DNA of 64,000 bases from Sphaerodactylus townsendi (GCF_021028975.2 NC_059425.1:149916001-149980000), one strand, 5' to 3'; positions 33,757 to 48,200 are shown, numbered from the stretch's first letter. Notes: generated by a model from the letters alone, not told the origin. Numbers and translations: made by a program.

Positions 33757-36429
33757 ATGTACTGTTGGGGAAAGTAACTTGCATCTTTTGTTTTAAGAGA
33801 TGTCTTAGAATGGATTCCTATGGAACACCTCTAATTAAAGTCTGTGGGTGCTTTCGGAGTTAAGTTCCTGTTCTGTTTATAATTTGAACAATCAAAATGG
33901 TTTTTGAATGCCATAAACAACATGTATTCTTAAGGCTTACTTCCACTGCTAGTGCCTGCAAAAATCAAGGACAGCAAGGGTTGCAAGACTTACAATTCTT
34001 GTATGGCTTGTGCCATTTATAAACAGCAACCTGTATCTTGGCCAGATTGAAGCAAAGGCAGTGTCTCTGCAGACCTCACTGCATTCAACAGAATTCCCTT
34101 AAACGTTTCTGTAATTTTTAGGGGGGGGGGGGTTGTTTTGTAGTCTCTCACTAGTCTTGCATGCTGCACAGTAGCTCCTTTAGACTTGAAGAGCATTCAA
34201 GTCAGATGTTCTCCGTTCTTGCCAGGCCAGGTCGGCTTATCTCAGGCATTGTGTGTGTATCATAGATTTGCTTAAAATGGTCTGCACTGAACCAACAGCA
34301 GACTCTTTCACTGCACTCTCCCTATCTGTAAATGTACATTTCTTAGTGCCGAAATTCTAAGTACACTTACTAAAGAGTAAGTTCTACTGATCTTCCTTCT
34401 GAATAAACATCATCAGGCACATGCTGTTACTCAGGAGCCACTTCCTATACACAGTAAGAGGACTATATTGACCCAACAGTTATTGATGTCGCTCTTAAAT
34501 CAATACACACACATATGAATATAAATACCAGATTCTCTGCCAGTGTTGAATAAATCCATTAAGTAAGTTTGTGGATTATTTCGTTTTGTTAGAAGAAGCC
34601 ATTTGTAAGAGTCCCCAAGGTGTCCTTGAGAAATGAAAGCATGTTTTCTATTTGCGTCTTCTGTGGGTTTTTCAAATACTTGTTTGTTAATATCCAAGAA
34701 TAAAACTGGTTTTGAAAAAAAATGTAGTTTTATCTTGTGTTTTTAATTAATCTTGCATTCACTTATATTTGCATGTGACTTACATACCAACATGGCAACC
34801 TCATCAAGACAAATAAGAAGCAGAGGTGATTTCCCATTGCCTTCCTCGGCAAAGTCTATGCCATGATCAGACTATACCATGCTGTTTTCACTAAGAAAGG
34901 GCACAGTGATCAAGACACAGCGAGACACCTTTAAAATATCTCATGGGCAGCACTCACAATGAGTTCCAGTTAAAGATCTGGTTCACATCACCCCTCATGT
35001 CAATAGTCAAAATGTTACCGAAAGAATGTCCTGCTGGTAATAAACTGTCTAGAGAAGAAGGTTTTCACCACACATTTTTTAAATATTTGTCATATTCTGG
35101 ATGATTAATGGAACTGGTTCTTTTTCTTTGAGAAAGTTCACCAATCATTCCCACTCCACAAATTTACCTAGGTTATGATAATTATCACCGCTAGTTTATC
35201 TATGGTTGCATATTCTACCAGTTTATGTAACCAATCATTTGTTGTCCGAATTTGAGAAGATTTCCATTTCGCTGCCAAGAGTATTCTTGTTGCTATAATC
35301 ATATATAAAGTTTGTTTTTTCCCATTGATGGGTTTAAAATATTCACCAGAAACATTTCAGATTTGAATCTGACATTAATATAATATTAATTTCATTAATT
35401 TATAAATTGAAAACCAATATTTTTAAATCAATGATAGAACATCTGGACGTGGCCCACCTACCCTAGTGTAGGGAGGGGAGGGGAGCGAGGGGTGGCATTT
35501 AAATGAGGGGAGGGAATGAGGGGTGGCATGCAAGAGAGGGGGGAAGGGGAGGGGGCTCGGCATCTGGACATGGCCCACCCACCCTTGCAGAGGGAGAGGA
35601 AAATTTTAGAAAAAATTAAGAAAAAAAATCTTTTAAATTAATACTGGAAGTGAACTTCAATTTTTTTGTAATACCCAAATCTTGTAACCATTTAATCATA
35701 GAGTGTGAGAAGGTATAGTCTGGGAGTCCTGGATTCAGATCTCCACTCTGGCATGGATGTTTGCTGGACCAATAATTCTCCTTTAGCTTAACCTAACCTC
35801 GCAGGGTTGTTGTAAGGATAAAATAGAGAAGATGTGAATTGCTTTGAGTCCCACTGGGGAGGAAAATGGGGAGTAAATATGATAACTGACATGATCTTAG
35901 ACACGGTATTCATGAAACCTTAAGAGCAGCCATGCTGGATCAGACCAATAGTCCACCTAGCCTTTGCACAAATAGGCCCTCCGGCAGCATCCTTCCGTTC
36001 CTGACCGTTCCCCTGCACCTAGTCTCTGAAAATTGGCAGTATGTTGCCTCTGAAACTGGAAGCCCTTGCTCCAACTAGGACATGGGCCAGTATATTCACG
36101 ACCAGAATATTGTGCTCGAAATATCAATAGCAATATTTCCACATGCACTTGTGGAGAGCACTGTCCATTTCTATTTTGGGTACATGTAAAAGCGCAGAAT
36201 GCCATTATGATCAAGAATTGCATTTTACCCAGCACAAATATGTTGTTGCTCTTACTGGGATGCATCAACTAGCGTCTCAGGAGTCAGACAGAGAGGAAAC
36301 TGGAAGCAGATTAGTTCTGCTCTGCCCAGCTCCTAAGTACACCATAGACTGAGTATGTACAACAAGCATGTTTGAGTAATTTATTACGCAAAACAACATT
36401 TGGCTTTCTCCCCACTCCCAGCCTCAAAT

Positions 36430-36910
36430 GTGTTCTGCCTAAGGCCTTGCCAAGATGGCGCTGCAGGCTGCCACCTCAGGGCTGGTTTTGCATTCCCAGA
36501 AGACTCCAGTATTTTGTCCAGTGCTTGAAACACAATGTCTTGTGGAAGAGGGAGGGCCACTCCTGTGGTTTCCATCCCCAATTTTAACAGAATTTCAATG
36601 AGTATTGAGCCTTTAATAGGAACGTGAAGCCTGTGTTCATTGGCAGGAGACTTCTTGTGGGGTTGGTTCAAGGCTAACAATTACTCACCCACCCACCCCC
36701 AGCAACCGTCCCCATCCCACAGCTCTGCTTTCCAGCGAAAACTCAAGGTGTTCTCTCTGACCAGGGTTTTCAGTTGACTGATGCCACTGAGTCTCACTTT
36801 TATTTGGCGTCCTACAAATTATTTTAATATCATGATTTTAATTGGCTTTATGATTGCGATTTCTCTGCCCTGAGGGGGGGAGGCTTGTGGAAAGACCAAA
36901 GGTGATAGCA
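36430..36910 (+). mobile_element. Degenerate L2-like LINE 3' fragment
   Basis: L2-type 3' region (gctttccagcgaaaactcaaggtgttctct... T-rich ...tctgccctgag). Confidence 0.35.
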
Positions 36911-37053
36911 AAATCAGTATCTTTTGAGGGCTTACTTTGTGGGCGTAGGAGAGGGCAGCTGCTGCTTTTATTAACTGGACAGGGTCTTCTGTTGGAAGGG
37001 ATGGGGAATAGGTTGAAACCCAAAGCAACAAATTATTTTGTTAAAGACTAGAT

Positions 37054-38002
37054 CGGGGGTCCCCAAAGTGGTACCTCCAGGCATGATGACACCTGCTAAT
37101 ACCTTTCCTGGTGCCCGCCAAGTGTTTTTATACAGCGGATAGGGCCAGGTGAGGCTTTTGTCAGCAAGGCAGTGAGTTGGCAGCCCGGTGGGGAGGGAGA
37201 AGACAAGTCCAGAGTCGCAGGCGAGGGGCAGAAAATGAAAGAAAAAAAACCTAGCTGGAGAAAAGTTCCAAAAAGAAAGGGGAAAGAGAAGAAAGAGGTC
37301 ACAGAGCTTCAGAACAGACGAGAAAAGAGTCATGAACTTCATATGCGGAAAGGGGGGGGGGCAGAAGCAGCAGTGTCATGTAGTCAAGGCCGGGGGGGGC
37401 ACACCAGGCCGGGGGGGGGGGCACACGAGAAAAAAGATTCAGCAGAAAAGGGGGAAATAAAAAAGCAGAGGTACTACCTACAGAACCAGGCAAGAGGGAG
37501 GCTAAAGGAAGGGAACCATGGCTGCCCAGCCCTGAGGAGCATTTAAACGTCTGCAAAAATGAGGACAGAACTGGAGCGGGGGTCAGTTAAAGAAGAAAAG
37601 AGGCTCCAGATCCTGGGATTGGGGGGGGGGGGGAGAAGCACTGAACAGTCCTCACTGCCCCATAACACTCCCCCCACCACACGCATATCTTCCTTACCTT
37701 CTTTCTCAGCCTGGGCTGCATCCAGTACCAGTGCAATGAACAGCAGTAGCACCGCTCCGAGCCAGAGACTCTCCACCTGGGGAAGGGGAGCCCCAGAGGA
37801 ACAGGAAGATGCTTCCAGTTTCAGTGCCGCTGCCTCAGAGGGCTGTGAGGCGGGGTGAGGCAAGGGTATGGCCCTGGCAGGGCAGATGCATCTGGCAGTG
37901 GCCTCCACCGGGCCTGGCCGGGCAATTTCCCCCATCACGTGACCCCAAGGCGGCCACCCAGGGCAACTGTCCCCACCCTGTTCCCTGGTAACTACGCCTA
38001 TG
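37054..38002. mobile_element. Composite hAT-like DNA transposon remnants with purine-rich interior
   Basis: Left end cgggggtccccaaagtgg; right end gtaactacgcctatg; no clear TSD. Confidence 0.45.
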
Positions 38003-38664
38003 CACTGCACAGCTGCTTTTATGAGCCGAATTCAAAGGTTTAAGCTGAGTGAGCATGTCAATCGCTAAAGATAATAGAAGCAAATTTAAACAGATTGCAA
38101 CAATAGTATTCAAAGTCCTTCCTTTTTGTGTACCAAAACCCCTTTATTTAGATAGGACCAGAGTCAATCTTAGAAAACACCAATCTAATCATTACATTAC
38201 TATCCATTAAGTAGGGATGCCAACTTCCAGGTGGGATCTGAGGATATCCCAGAATTACAGCCCATCTCCAGGCTACAGAGACAATTCCACTGGAGAAAAT
38301 GGCTGCTTTGGACAGTGGATTCCATGGCCCAACTGTGCCCAACTAAGGCCCCTGCCCTCCCCAGGCTCCATACCCAAACAGCTGAATGCAGCAACGTGGA
38401 AAAGAGAGAAATGTCTATATCCTTTTGGGGCAATAAAACTCACAATAGCATGATTATTCTCTCACTGCACTTTTATTTATATTTTATAGTCTGGGTGCTT
38501 CATAACTACTGACTCCTCCCTGAAAGCACACATTTTGCTCTGTTTAATTCTGTCCCAATTTTTGTTAAAACTGTGGTCTGTCCCACCGAACAAAAAAGTT
38601 GCGGAACTACTGGGGGCCTCATTCATTCATCTCACAGTTAAACTCGAAAAAGAATGGCATACTG

Positions 38665-38999
38665 NNNNNNNNNNNNNNNNNNNNNNNNNNNNNNNNNNNN
38701 NNNNNNNNNNNNNNNNNNNNNNNNNNNNNNNNNNNNNNNNNNNNNNNNNNNNNNNNNNNNNNNNNNNNNNNNNNNNNNNNNNNNNNNNNNNNNNCGAAGA
38801 ACGGTACACTCCTTCTATCTGGGATNNNNNNNNNNNNNNNNNNNNNNNNNNNNNNNNNNNNNNNNNNNNNNNNNNNNNNNNNNNNNNNNNNNNNNNNNNN
38901 NNNNNNNNNNNNNNNNNNNNNNNNNNNNNNNNNNNNNNNNNNNNNNNNNNNNNNNNNNNNNNNNNNNNNNNNNNNNNNNNNNNNNNNNNNNNNNNNNNN
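38665..38999. other. Assembly gaps (N runs 38665-38794 and 38826-38999)
   Basis: N characters in the sequence. Confidence 1.
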
Positions 39000-39850
39000 A
39001 CAGTATATAAACCCCCTCCAAACGTCGAACAATAAGGTTACGGTGATTCTCCGGAAGGACCATGATGCGGAAATGCTAATTAAAAGCCCATGCACCATAG
39101 AGTCAGAAAAAAAGGAAACCCCATTTTTTGCAACAGTCACCTCTGTTCCCCCGTTTCCAGCCCGATTCCCGAAAGACTGTGCGTTTGCATGCAAATACCT
39201 CCGGTATGAGTGGCCAGCTCCCTCTTGCTTCCCCACGCCCTCTTTCGCTCTGCTTTTTTAAAACCGGGGAGGCGAGATACTTGCTTACTCGGCTGGAGCG
39301 GTGCGCGGCGTGGCTGGTGTTGAGGTTGAGTGGTAAAGGTGGGTTTTTGAGTATGGGCGACAGCTGAAGATTCAGTCTTTCTAAACTCCTGGCAAGAGTT
39401 TCGAAGTTGCGGGGAGTGGGAAGGACCTGGGGGGCTTTTGTTGCAAGGGTCCGTCCCTTCTTCCGTCGGGCTGCGTCTAAAGGCAGTCTGGGTAAGGAGG
39501 GGGCTTTGCTTTGCCTGCAGTGGCATTGGGCTTAGTTTAACGCCGTTTTGCAATAGACGTCCTGGACTGCTCCGGTGCATGGGAAGGAGTGGTGTCTGGA
39601 GCCAGTGGAAATGCCAAGCTGTGCCTTGAATCTGTTCAGACACCGCTCCCCCCCTCCCCGGCCAACCGCGGATCCAGGGGAAAGATGACCAAGGGGGTTC
39701 CTCTAACCAGTCCATACAGCAGAGTGTTTCTTTTTCTTGCATGCATGTGTGCTTATGCATTGGAGAACTGGGCCGGGTGCTTACCATAAGGTAACGGTGT
39801 TGGGGCAGATGTCCCTAAAACTGTCGGGACGATCCCGTATGCGCAGTGTA
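39000..39850 (+). promoter_or_regulatory. CpG-rich region; probable promoter and non-coding exon 1 of the first GSTA gene
   Basis: Elevated CpG about 2.5-3 kb upstream of the GSTA ATG exon, which begins with a splice acceptor at 42105; candidate donor GG|GTAAGG near 39492. Confidence 0.55.
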
Positions 39851-41218
39851 GAGTTTCTCTGGATCATCATTTTGCTTTTCGTGCAAGGCCTGTTGTTGTT
39901 TCTTGCAAGTTCCTCTTATTGTCGTCAGATGCAGCCCCTCTAGTGGAGCACCTTAACCAGCACTTGTGGCTGTTGGCGTCCTGTTGTGGTTGCGCTGTGA
40001 TGCTGGGAGAGCTCTCGCCAGACTTTCCTAGCAAACCCCTCTTGCATAAGAGCTCCTAACCGTCCCCAATCCAGCCCATTCAGAGTTCCTTGTAGGCGAC
40101 TCAACAGAGGGAGTCTGTGCCAAGTTGGGGGTGGGGGCAGCCTTTGTCCCCATTCTGGCCTCATGAGTGAGCCCTTGAAGTCGGATGTTGGAGGGGCTTT
40201 GTCTGGCTGCTGCTGAATTAACAGGCAGGCATTCTTCCAAGCAGGGCAGTGTGCCCCCCAAGGTTTTTCAGAGATTGCTGTCTCCTGGCTCCCTCCACCA
40301 CCCCATTGGAAACTAGGCTGCTGTTTTTGAGCCAGCCTGTACTTTTTTCTAGAACTTGTTAGTGTAAGAAACTAACAGTGCAGTCCTAAGCAGAGTTGCT
40401 CCCTTTTTAATACAGTTGAAGTCAATGGGCTCAGAAGGGTATAACTAAGTTTTGGGATTGCACTGTACTAGTGTGACACCTTGCCCACTTCCAAGGAGAT
40501 AAATCTAAAGCTCATTCCTTGGCCATTGGTTTTCTTTTGGGATGAATCTTTCTGCTGGAATTCTGCAGAATTATGTTCATGCTCCATTTTTTTTTGTAAA
40601 CCACCCCCTGTTCTATGCTAGCTATACCATCGTAACAGTTCTTTTAATGCTAATGATCTACAACTATTTCTTCACCACTGAATTTACTTATTATTTAGTA
40701 AGTGTCTCTTCAGAAAGAATGGTGTATGGGAATCCACTCCACTAAGATGGAGCCTATGATGGAATAGTACTATAAGACTAGCAAAGTCACATATGACTGT
40801 GAAAAACATCTTTGCTTTTGATCTCCTGGAGGGAGGACAAGAAACTATGCAGAGGTGCCAGGATGAAACTTCAAAGGCCTAAGTTACCTCTGGCCTGAAC
40901 AGAGTTTTCCTGAGGAGGGGAAAACAAAGGGTTTCAAATTCCATCTTGAGACGTAGTCAGAGAAGCATCTCTGGGCCATCGGTTCCCGGAATGGGGACAA
41001 AGAATCAAAAGGAATGGAACCAGCTAAGCAATCCCTTAACTGCATCTAAGTTTTATTTCTTTTATTTCTGTTTTTCAATAAAAAATCGTTGAGACCTCAG
41101 CTGGTTGGAGTTATTGGAGAAAAGAACCCAGGTTTTACTGAAACAAGCTTGGCTCTCCCAGGCTTGCTTTCATGATAGAGCCTTTTTCGTCATACCAGAA
41201 GAAGGCGCCACACTTAAC

Positions 41219-41348
41219 TGAGAATCATAGAATCACAGAGTAGGAAGAGACCTCCAAGGGCCATCAAGTCCAACCCCCTGCAATGCAGGAACACACAATC
41301 AAAGCACTCCCAACATACGTTCATCCAGTTTCTGTTTAAAAACCTCCG
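41219..41348 (-). mobile_element. CR1 3' end
   Basis: Inverted (ATTCTATG)-type tail agaatcatagaatcacag followed by ggaagagacctccaagggccatcaagtccaaccccctg. Confidence 0.85.
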
Positions 41349-42125
41349 GAAAAGCAGAGGCGAGAAGAGCGATCCAGCTTTATGAATCTTCTTGGATGTC
41401 TTTTAATTTTTTGGAAACTGATTTTTTTTTACTTGCCTTCCTAGTTAATGCTTTTATCCCTTTTTTGTTTTCCCATTTCTTTGGGGTCTATATCTATTTC
41501 TTTTTCTTGACAAGTGTGCAGTGGGGGATCTACTTTTACTGATCTTAATTTTTTTGTCCTTTTATGTCCACATTACATCTTGTTTCCAGCACTTAAGTAT
41601 GTCCAAGATTATTTAAGTATTTATCTGCCTACTTATTTCCGGCCCATCACTAGAGTCCCTGGGCAGGGAGTTCTTGTTGGATGTAGCAATGTCTAATGTG
41701 CAAAGGAACTGAGAAGAAGACCCAGCATAGAGTGGACAAGTGGTCAGCTAGAGAGGGCTGTAAAGTTAGTGATTCCTCCTTTCTTTTGTGTCACCTCTTG
41801 TCTGTCCTTAGACTGATACTCTTAGGTCTAATATCCTGCTTCTTCTCGGAAGTTAGTTGCAGAAACTCTTCTTGGCCAGTAAGATAGCAGCATGCTATCT
41901 TTCCTTCTCTCCTATTCTAATTAGAGAGTTAGTAATAATAACACCATTGTTTAAGCGACCCATCTGTATGTTTAATAAAATAAGTTGCATTTAAAAGAAA
42001 TACTTGTGCTTGCAGAAATATATTTTTTATCAGATGGAATGGTCTTGTGTCCTGTCTAGATTTTCTTGAAGCACCATTCTGAAGCATTTTTGTGTTCTTT
42101 GCCAGGAAACAAAGAATTTGAAATT

Positions 42126-42212
42126 ATGGCAGGAAAGCCTAAGCTGTACTACTTTGATGGACGAGGCAAGATGGAATCGATAAGATGGCTGCTAGCAGCT
42201 GCTGGCGTAGAG
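42126..42212 (+). CDS. GSTA gene 1 coding exon 1
   Basis: 87 bp; GAG|GTTTGT donor. Confidence 0.95.
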
Positions 42213-45200
42213 GTTTGTTTTCTATATCTACTGACCCATAAAAATGATGGGGGAAGGGGACTGTATTTTTTAGTTATTCTTTCCAAGGAAGTAATGTCTT
42301 CCTAAACCTGTGTGAATCCAGCAAAGCTGAAAATTTGGGTGGAAGAGAATATTTCCATAGGAGAAAATTCAGGGTGTTTTTAAAGAGAGAAACAGCATAA
42401 TGTAGTGGTTAGAACGTTGGACTGGGACCCCGGTTCAAATCCCCTCTCTGCCATGCAAGTTTATTTGGTGACCTTGGGACAGTTAGCTACTGTCAGCCTC
42501 ACTTACCTCATAGGGCTGTTGCTAGGGTTGCTAGTTACAGCTTGGCAATGGGGGTTGGTACTGCAACAAATGGAGGCCTAGGCTGGTGATGTGGCGACGT
42601 CACTTCTGACATGCACATGAAGTAACATCATCACTGACAGTGAAGGGACATGCTGGTATTTGGACAAAAACTCTACAGTAGAAATCCCTTTCTACCAGAG
42701 TGCCCCCAGCATTGTGATAATGTAGCTTCTGGTGCATGCCAGGAGTTACATCACCAGGTTGCTGCCAACACCAGCCTAGGTCTCTGTTTGTTGCTGGCAA
42801 GTCCCGCTGCCGGCCTGCTGATCAGTAGCTGGGAGGAGGGATCCTAGAGTCGGGGATTCCCATGCTGCCAACAGGGGCTCAGCACCCTAGTTTTTATGAG
42901 GATGAGATGGTAACTTTCATGGTGTAATGCCAGGGAGAAGTATTAGCTTTACTGCATGGAAGGGTACCGTACTCTGTTGTTCATTTTTAGCTTTTGTAAC
43001 TTGTGAGTTAGCAGTTTGGGGCAGAGAATGAAATGTGTTTAAAGAATTACATTTTAAAATACCTAAAGCACAAGTTGTATAAGATGTGGGGCATTGTTCT
43101 AGGGTAGCTTTTCCAGGGTTTTCCATTGAAGGACTGTTGCTGCTCTTAGGAAGCTCAGTGTGGAAATGTTTGGTCTGTAAAGAAACTAAAATGAATCTCA
43201 CTTAAAATTTGCAAAAGTTCATTCATGAGATTTAGTTTAGGTAGTGATATCACACACTCTGGCTTAAAGGCACTCGCATGACACTTTCTACAACCATTTT
43301 GACCAAAGCACTCTGAATTCCTCTGGTAGTCAAAGCCAGAATTCCTCTGGTAGTCAAAGTTGTACTGTCACAATGGGAATGGGTCTCAGAAGTTTTTGTT
43401 GGTGCCTGACTACCTTGCAGGGTTGATGTGAGGATAAATTGGAGGAACGGCAAGCAGTATAAACTGCTTTGGGTCCCCATTTGGGAGAAAGGTGGGGTAT
43501 ACATAAAGAAAATACATATAAGAAGAATAAAAAAAAAGCTGGCATGTGAATTGTAGGTTTCTGACATAACTTGCACATACTGTTTTGGTCACTAGAAATT
43601 TCTATGTATTTTGGACAGCAGTCTGAGCATCACGAGTGTTCTTTACCACACAAACCCACTGACTGTTTGCCTTGGAGCATTTATTACCATAACACAAATA
43701 GTCACAAGTTTAGGAGAGCGGGTATAACATGAATAGTCACAAGTTTAGGAGAGCGGGTATGTCAGATTTTAATCCCGTAGCCTTGAGCTGTTGTTATGCA
43801 TGACTCAGTTGAAAAAATATTTCGTATCAGAATGTGGTGAGGGAGGAACAGAAAGTCTCTTAAGATGTGAAGATGACATTTTACTAGCTATGGTGATCTG
43901 ACCGTATTGAAAGTTCATAAACCCCTGATAACGAACTGTACAATGACTCTTTGTAATATTTTGAGCTTACATTTACTGTTGGCAAATGACAAATTCAAGG
44001 GACTTGTCCTTGGATTCCACTCAACTATGATCATGGGCTCTAGAACGCTGAAGTAATTCCTTTTATGTTTCTCTCTCTTTTAGTTTGAAGAGGAATTTCT
44101 GGAGACACGAGAACAATATGAGAAACTTCTACAAGGCAAGTTTCTCTGATAGTAATGCTGAAGTTTGGCCAGACTTTGCCCTCTCTAGCTGGGGGTGTGG
44201 GGAGTGGGGAAAACAGAGTAGCTTGCATATGTAGAATGGGTACAATGTATTCCTTCGAAGCTTTGGATCGTCCTTGCAAGCAATGTGCAGTGGTCCATCA
44301 CCACTGCAGCAAGAGACACACTGACTGTGTGGATGGGTGTGGATAGCCAGTATCTGGTGTTCTTCACCACACGTGGGTATTCATTTGATGGATGCCTACA
44401 ACTGGTACAAAATTGTCAGCAAAGTGGTAAGCACTGCTACAGTAGTGGTTCTGTTCTAAACTTGGCCTTCTCTCATGGTCTTCTGCCACTCGATGAAGAC
44501 TTATTTGGCCAGAAAGAAATGCTTGAGACCTTTTGGTATGCGAGAAAGCACAATGGCATCATCAGCATGTAATAATAAAGGGAGTAGGAATAGGCCCAAT
44601 TTAGGAAAGTGTCCATCCACCAATTTCAAAACGGACTAAATCGCTCATGAAAAGGTTAAATCGGTGCTAAGATACATCCTTACTTAACTCCTCTAATAGA
44701 TAAAATTTTAGTAGTTAAGTTGACTAAAAGATGTTAACTTAACATGGCAGCAAGTAGAGGAGTATAATTTTCAGATAAGAATGAGTAAGCACTTATTTAT
44801 ATTCATTCTAGTCAACTTTTCCTATAGAAGATCGCTGGGGATTGAGTCAAAGGCTCCTTTCAAGTCAAGGAAGGCAGTATATAGTTTACTTCTGTCCCCA
44901 TCAGTATATTTTTAACCAAATTAGAAAGAACAATGCAGTCATCCACAGTAGATTTACCGGGACAGAAACTAGTTCGTTTGGGGCAGGCAGATTATGTACG
45001 GTGTCCTCTTGTAATTTGTGTAGTTGCCAAGTTTCTTCTGATAGCTATGAAAACAGAAGATGCATAATGTTTGAATTTATATTTTATTAGGTTGATTTTT
45101 CTTTGGTTTATGCCAGTAAAGGTAGTGACTGACTCGTTTAGCTATTTCCTCATAGATCGTCCTTTTCATTTTTTCAATTGTTTTATATGTATTCTTAAAT

Positions 45201-48200
45201 CTTGTTTTTATGTTTTGATAATTTTCTCCCTTTAGGCCCTTAAGTTGGGTGGAAAGGCAGTTTAGTGCTCTGAATAATAACTGAATAATGATAATAATAA
45301 TAATAACTGAATTATTCAGAACAGTGTTCTGAATAATAACTGGGTTATAGGCTAATATGATTGCATTATGTACAGCTGCCTGTGTGCGCTCTCTCGCTCT
45401 CTCTCTCTCTTTTTGCACCGCATTGGTTATCAGGCTGAATTGGCCCTGCATCCCTTACCTTTTTGAGTAGGGGCAACTCATGCAACAACTAATGGCCACT
45501 TCAAGTCAGTGTAAATATCTTGGGTCTTACTTGTGGCTCAGTAGTCACTTCCAGTCACTGCCGTGTGCAACACAAGATTAAGTGTTCATGTATTGCACTG
45601 CATGTGATTCCCCTGGAGGAACCCAACAAAGCATCAGAGCTTTCAGTGAATAGCTGGTAACCTATGGAGACCATTTGCCCACCAATTTCTAGGCGATCCT
45701 GTGAATCATTCCCCAGTTCCTTTATGACAAGCACAATACTCAAGTCAGGAAGACTGGTTTCTCTGTCTGTCTGGATTCTCTTCCATTTTTCATTTCTGTG
45801 TCTAGTGACACCTTTGTTGATTCAAAAAGAAAGGCAACAACCCCCTTATTTGCTGTTGAGTTTCTTCTGTAATGAGATATAATGACAGGATTGTGCATCA
45901 GTCGCTCAGAAATTGCCCTGTTGCCATGCTAGAAGGAATCTCTGGCTTCAGCCCAAGTTACTTTTGTGCTGAGTTACAGACTTGCAATGTGGCTTAATGT
46001 AACTTATTAGCCTTGACCGCTTGGGAAATGAGCAAGTTTTTTGATTTGTATCTTTTCTAAATTTCCATGAGATTAAAAACCAGCAGTGTTCAGAGGCCAG
46101 CTTACCATTCTACTTAGCTTTGGATTTATTTTCAGTGTTCAGAGGCCAGCTTACCATTCTGCTTGGCTTTGGATTTATCTTAGGGTCGTGAATACTTGAT
46201 GTCCCATATAACATCCGTTGTACCATCTTCGGCGTTCTGTCGGTCCCCTCCTGAGCATTGGATCGGGCACTGCCAATAAATATGTGGCATACTGCTGCTG
46301 TTTTAAATATTTTAATGTGTTATTTATATTATGTATTGCTGTATATTGTTGTTGCCTTTGGGCCTTACTGTACCCCGCTCAGAGCCCTTTGGGGGTTGGG
46401 CGGTATACGAAAATTAATAAATAATAATAATAGCTCCACTCTGAGTTGCTGGTAAGCACAAGTTTAATGCTACAAGCAAGGGATCTACCAACATTTGGGG
46501 CAAATCAACCCTGGCTCCAAACCTGGCCTGCATTACCATTGTCTTTGGTCATCCTAGCCTGCTCATAAAACCATGGTGCTGAATAAAACTATGCACCCTC
46601 CTCCTTGACATCCCCCTGGCCAAATAGCACTCTGGTAACTGAGGACTTGGTTGATGCTGCTCATGCCAAAGGCCCACATGACTGTTTGAGCCAATGATAG
46701 TCCATCTTGGCAGTAGCCTTTCATCTTTAGATGCCTCAGGGTGCTTTCCAGTCAGCCCCAACTTAGCCACCAACACAAACTCTGTCGCCCTATTTAGGCC
46801 CTACTATATTTGATTTCTTGCTTTAAACAACTCACAAGAAGAGATTTAGCTGGCTGGTGGTCACCAGAATGAGTGACAGACTGCTTAGGCTGCTTGCTGA
46901 CCATCTTACACATTGCAGAGAAGCACATTTGGTCTGTCACCTAAAGACTACTTTACCCCTGTAGAGCTGCTGGTTCTTGAGTGAATGTATCTCTGTGATG
47001 TATATATTTGACACAATGATACCCTTATCTGTTCATTTAATTTATTGTAAACTGAATGTAGTGGTCCTAACTGGGTGGCTTTCTAGGAATAGTAAAACAA
47101 GCATTGACGCATAATGCAATATTGTCCCTTATGTGAAATTCTAAATGGGCCTCCTAAATGTAGATTGGTATCAAGTGGAACTGCCAGGTCTCTTCTAGGG
47201 CAAGAGATCTCCTACCAGCAACTCAACTATTCCCACTGCTGCTTGGGGTGTCAGCAGGAGATAAATAAGCAAAAAGAACACTGTTGGTCCAATGGCATGA
47301 CATCTCTTCTGGAGAAACCCCAGAAGTAATGTTTTGTCTCTCGAAGAATACCTAGAAATTCTGTGGTAAAACCATGGAGTTTCTAGAGATTTCTAAGTAG
47401 TCATAACTTAGTTGTGACTAAGTAGTCACTTCTGGGGTTCCTCTGGAAGAAATGTCATGCAGTTGCCAACAATATCCCCATGCCCCTCCCCCCCAAGGGG
47501 TTCAAAGCCATGCCTGGCAGCCCTCATGTTAAGATACAGTTAGTATCTCAGACTGTTTGTTAGTGGCAGAAATCTACTAGACCTGGAGGTGCAGATCAAG
47601 ATTGTGAGTGGTGTCATGCCAAATGTAAGGAATTCCTGACCCTAACTGTTGTTGGAATAACGGGCACTTCAAGAATAAGCTGTGAGGAAGGTGGGGTTCT
47701 TCTTGCACGCAACATGAGATTCACAATGATATTAAAAATAGTGATACTGATTTTTTTTAAAGAGAAATAATGGCATTTCATGACACGAAAGGTCCTGCAG
47801 AAACATAAGTGGATGTTGATAAGCTTTCAGCTTTGGAAGCAAAATGTCTTGTGATAAACCATGTGATATGCTTGCTTTTGTTTCTTTAATACTCCTTTCT
47901 CAAATCTGATTTGCTTGTGGAAACATTCTAGCAGTACAACTTGAGAAGCCAAGTCAGATTGAATGTCTTTTTTCTTTCGTTTTAGTAAATACAAATCTTA
48001 CCTTTTCCCTCATTCCCATCAGACATTGTTGCAGTTGTTTTAAGGGGTTGGAGCCTCTGGGGGCACTGGATGACGGACAAGAACAGCTTGCATGGCTTTT
48101 ATAGTGTCAGCCATTTATTATATATTTGAAGGGGACATGGATTTCCTGCATGCTTGTGTAAATGTATCTTCCATTTAAAATATTACCTAAAATACATGGC

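Noticed and set aside
37172-37858. Lys/Glu/Gly-rich ORFs
   Set aside because: Purine-rich low-complexity interior of a transposon remnant.
38535-39261. Long ORFs across 38.5-39.3 kb
   Set aside because: Artefacts of the N gaps.
42394-42455. tRNA-like sequence
   Set aside because: No complete cloverleaf; it continues into a SINE body, so it is a SINE head. The same holds at 14231.
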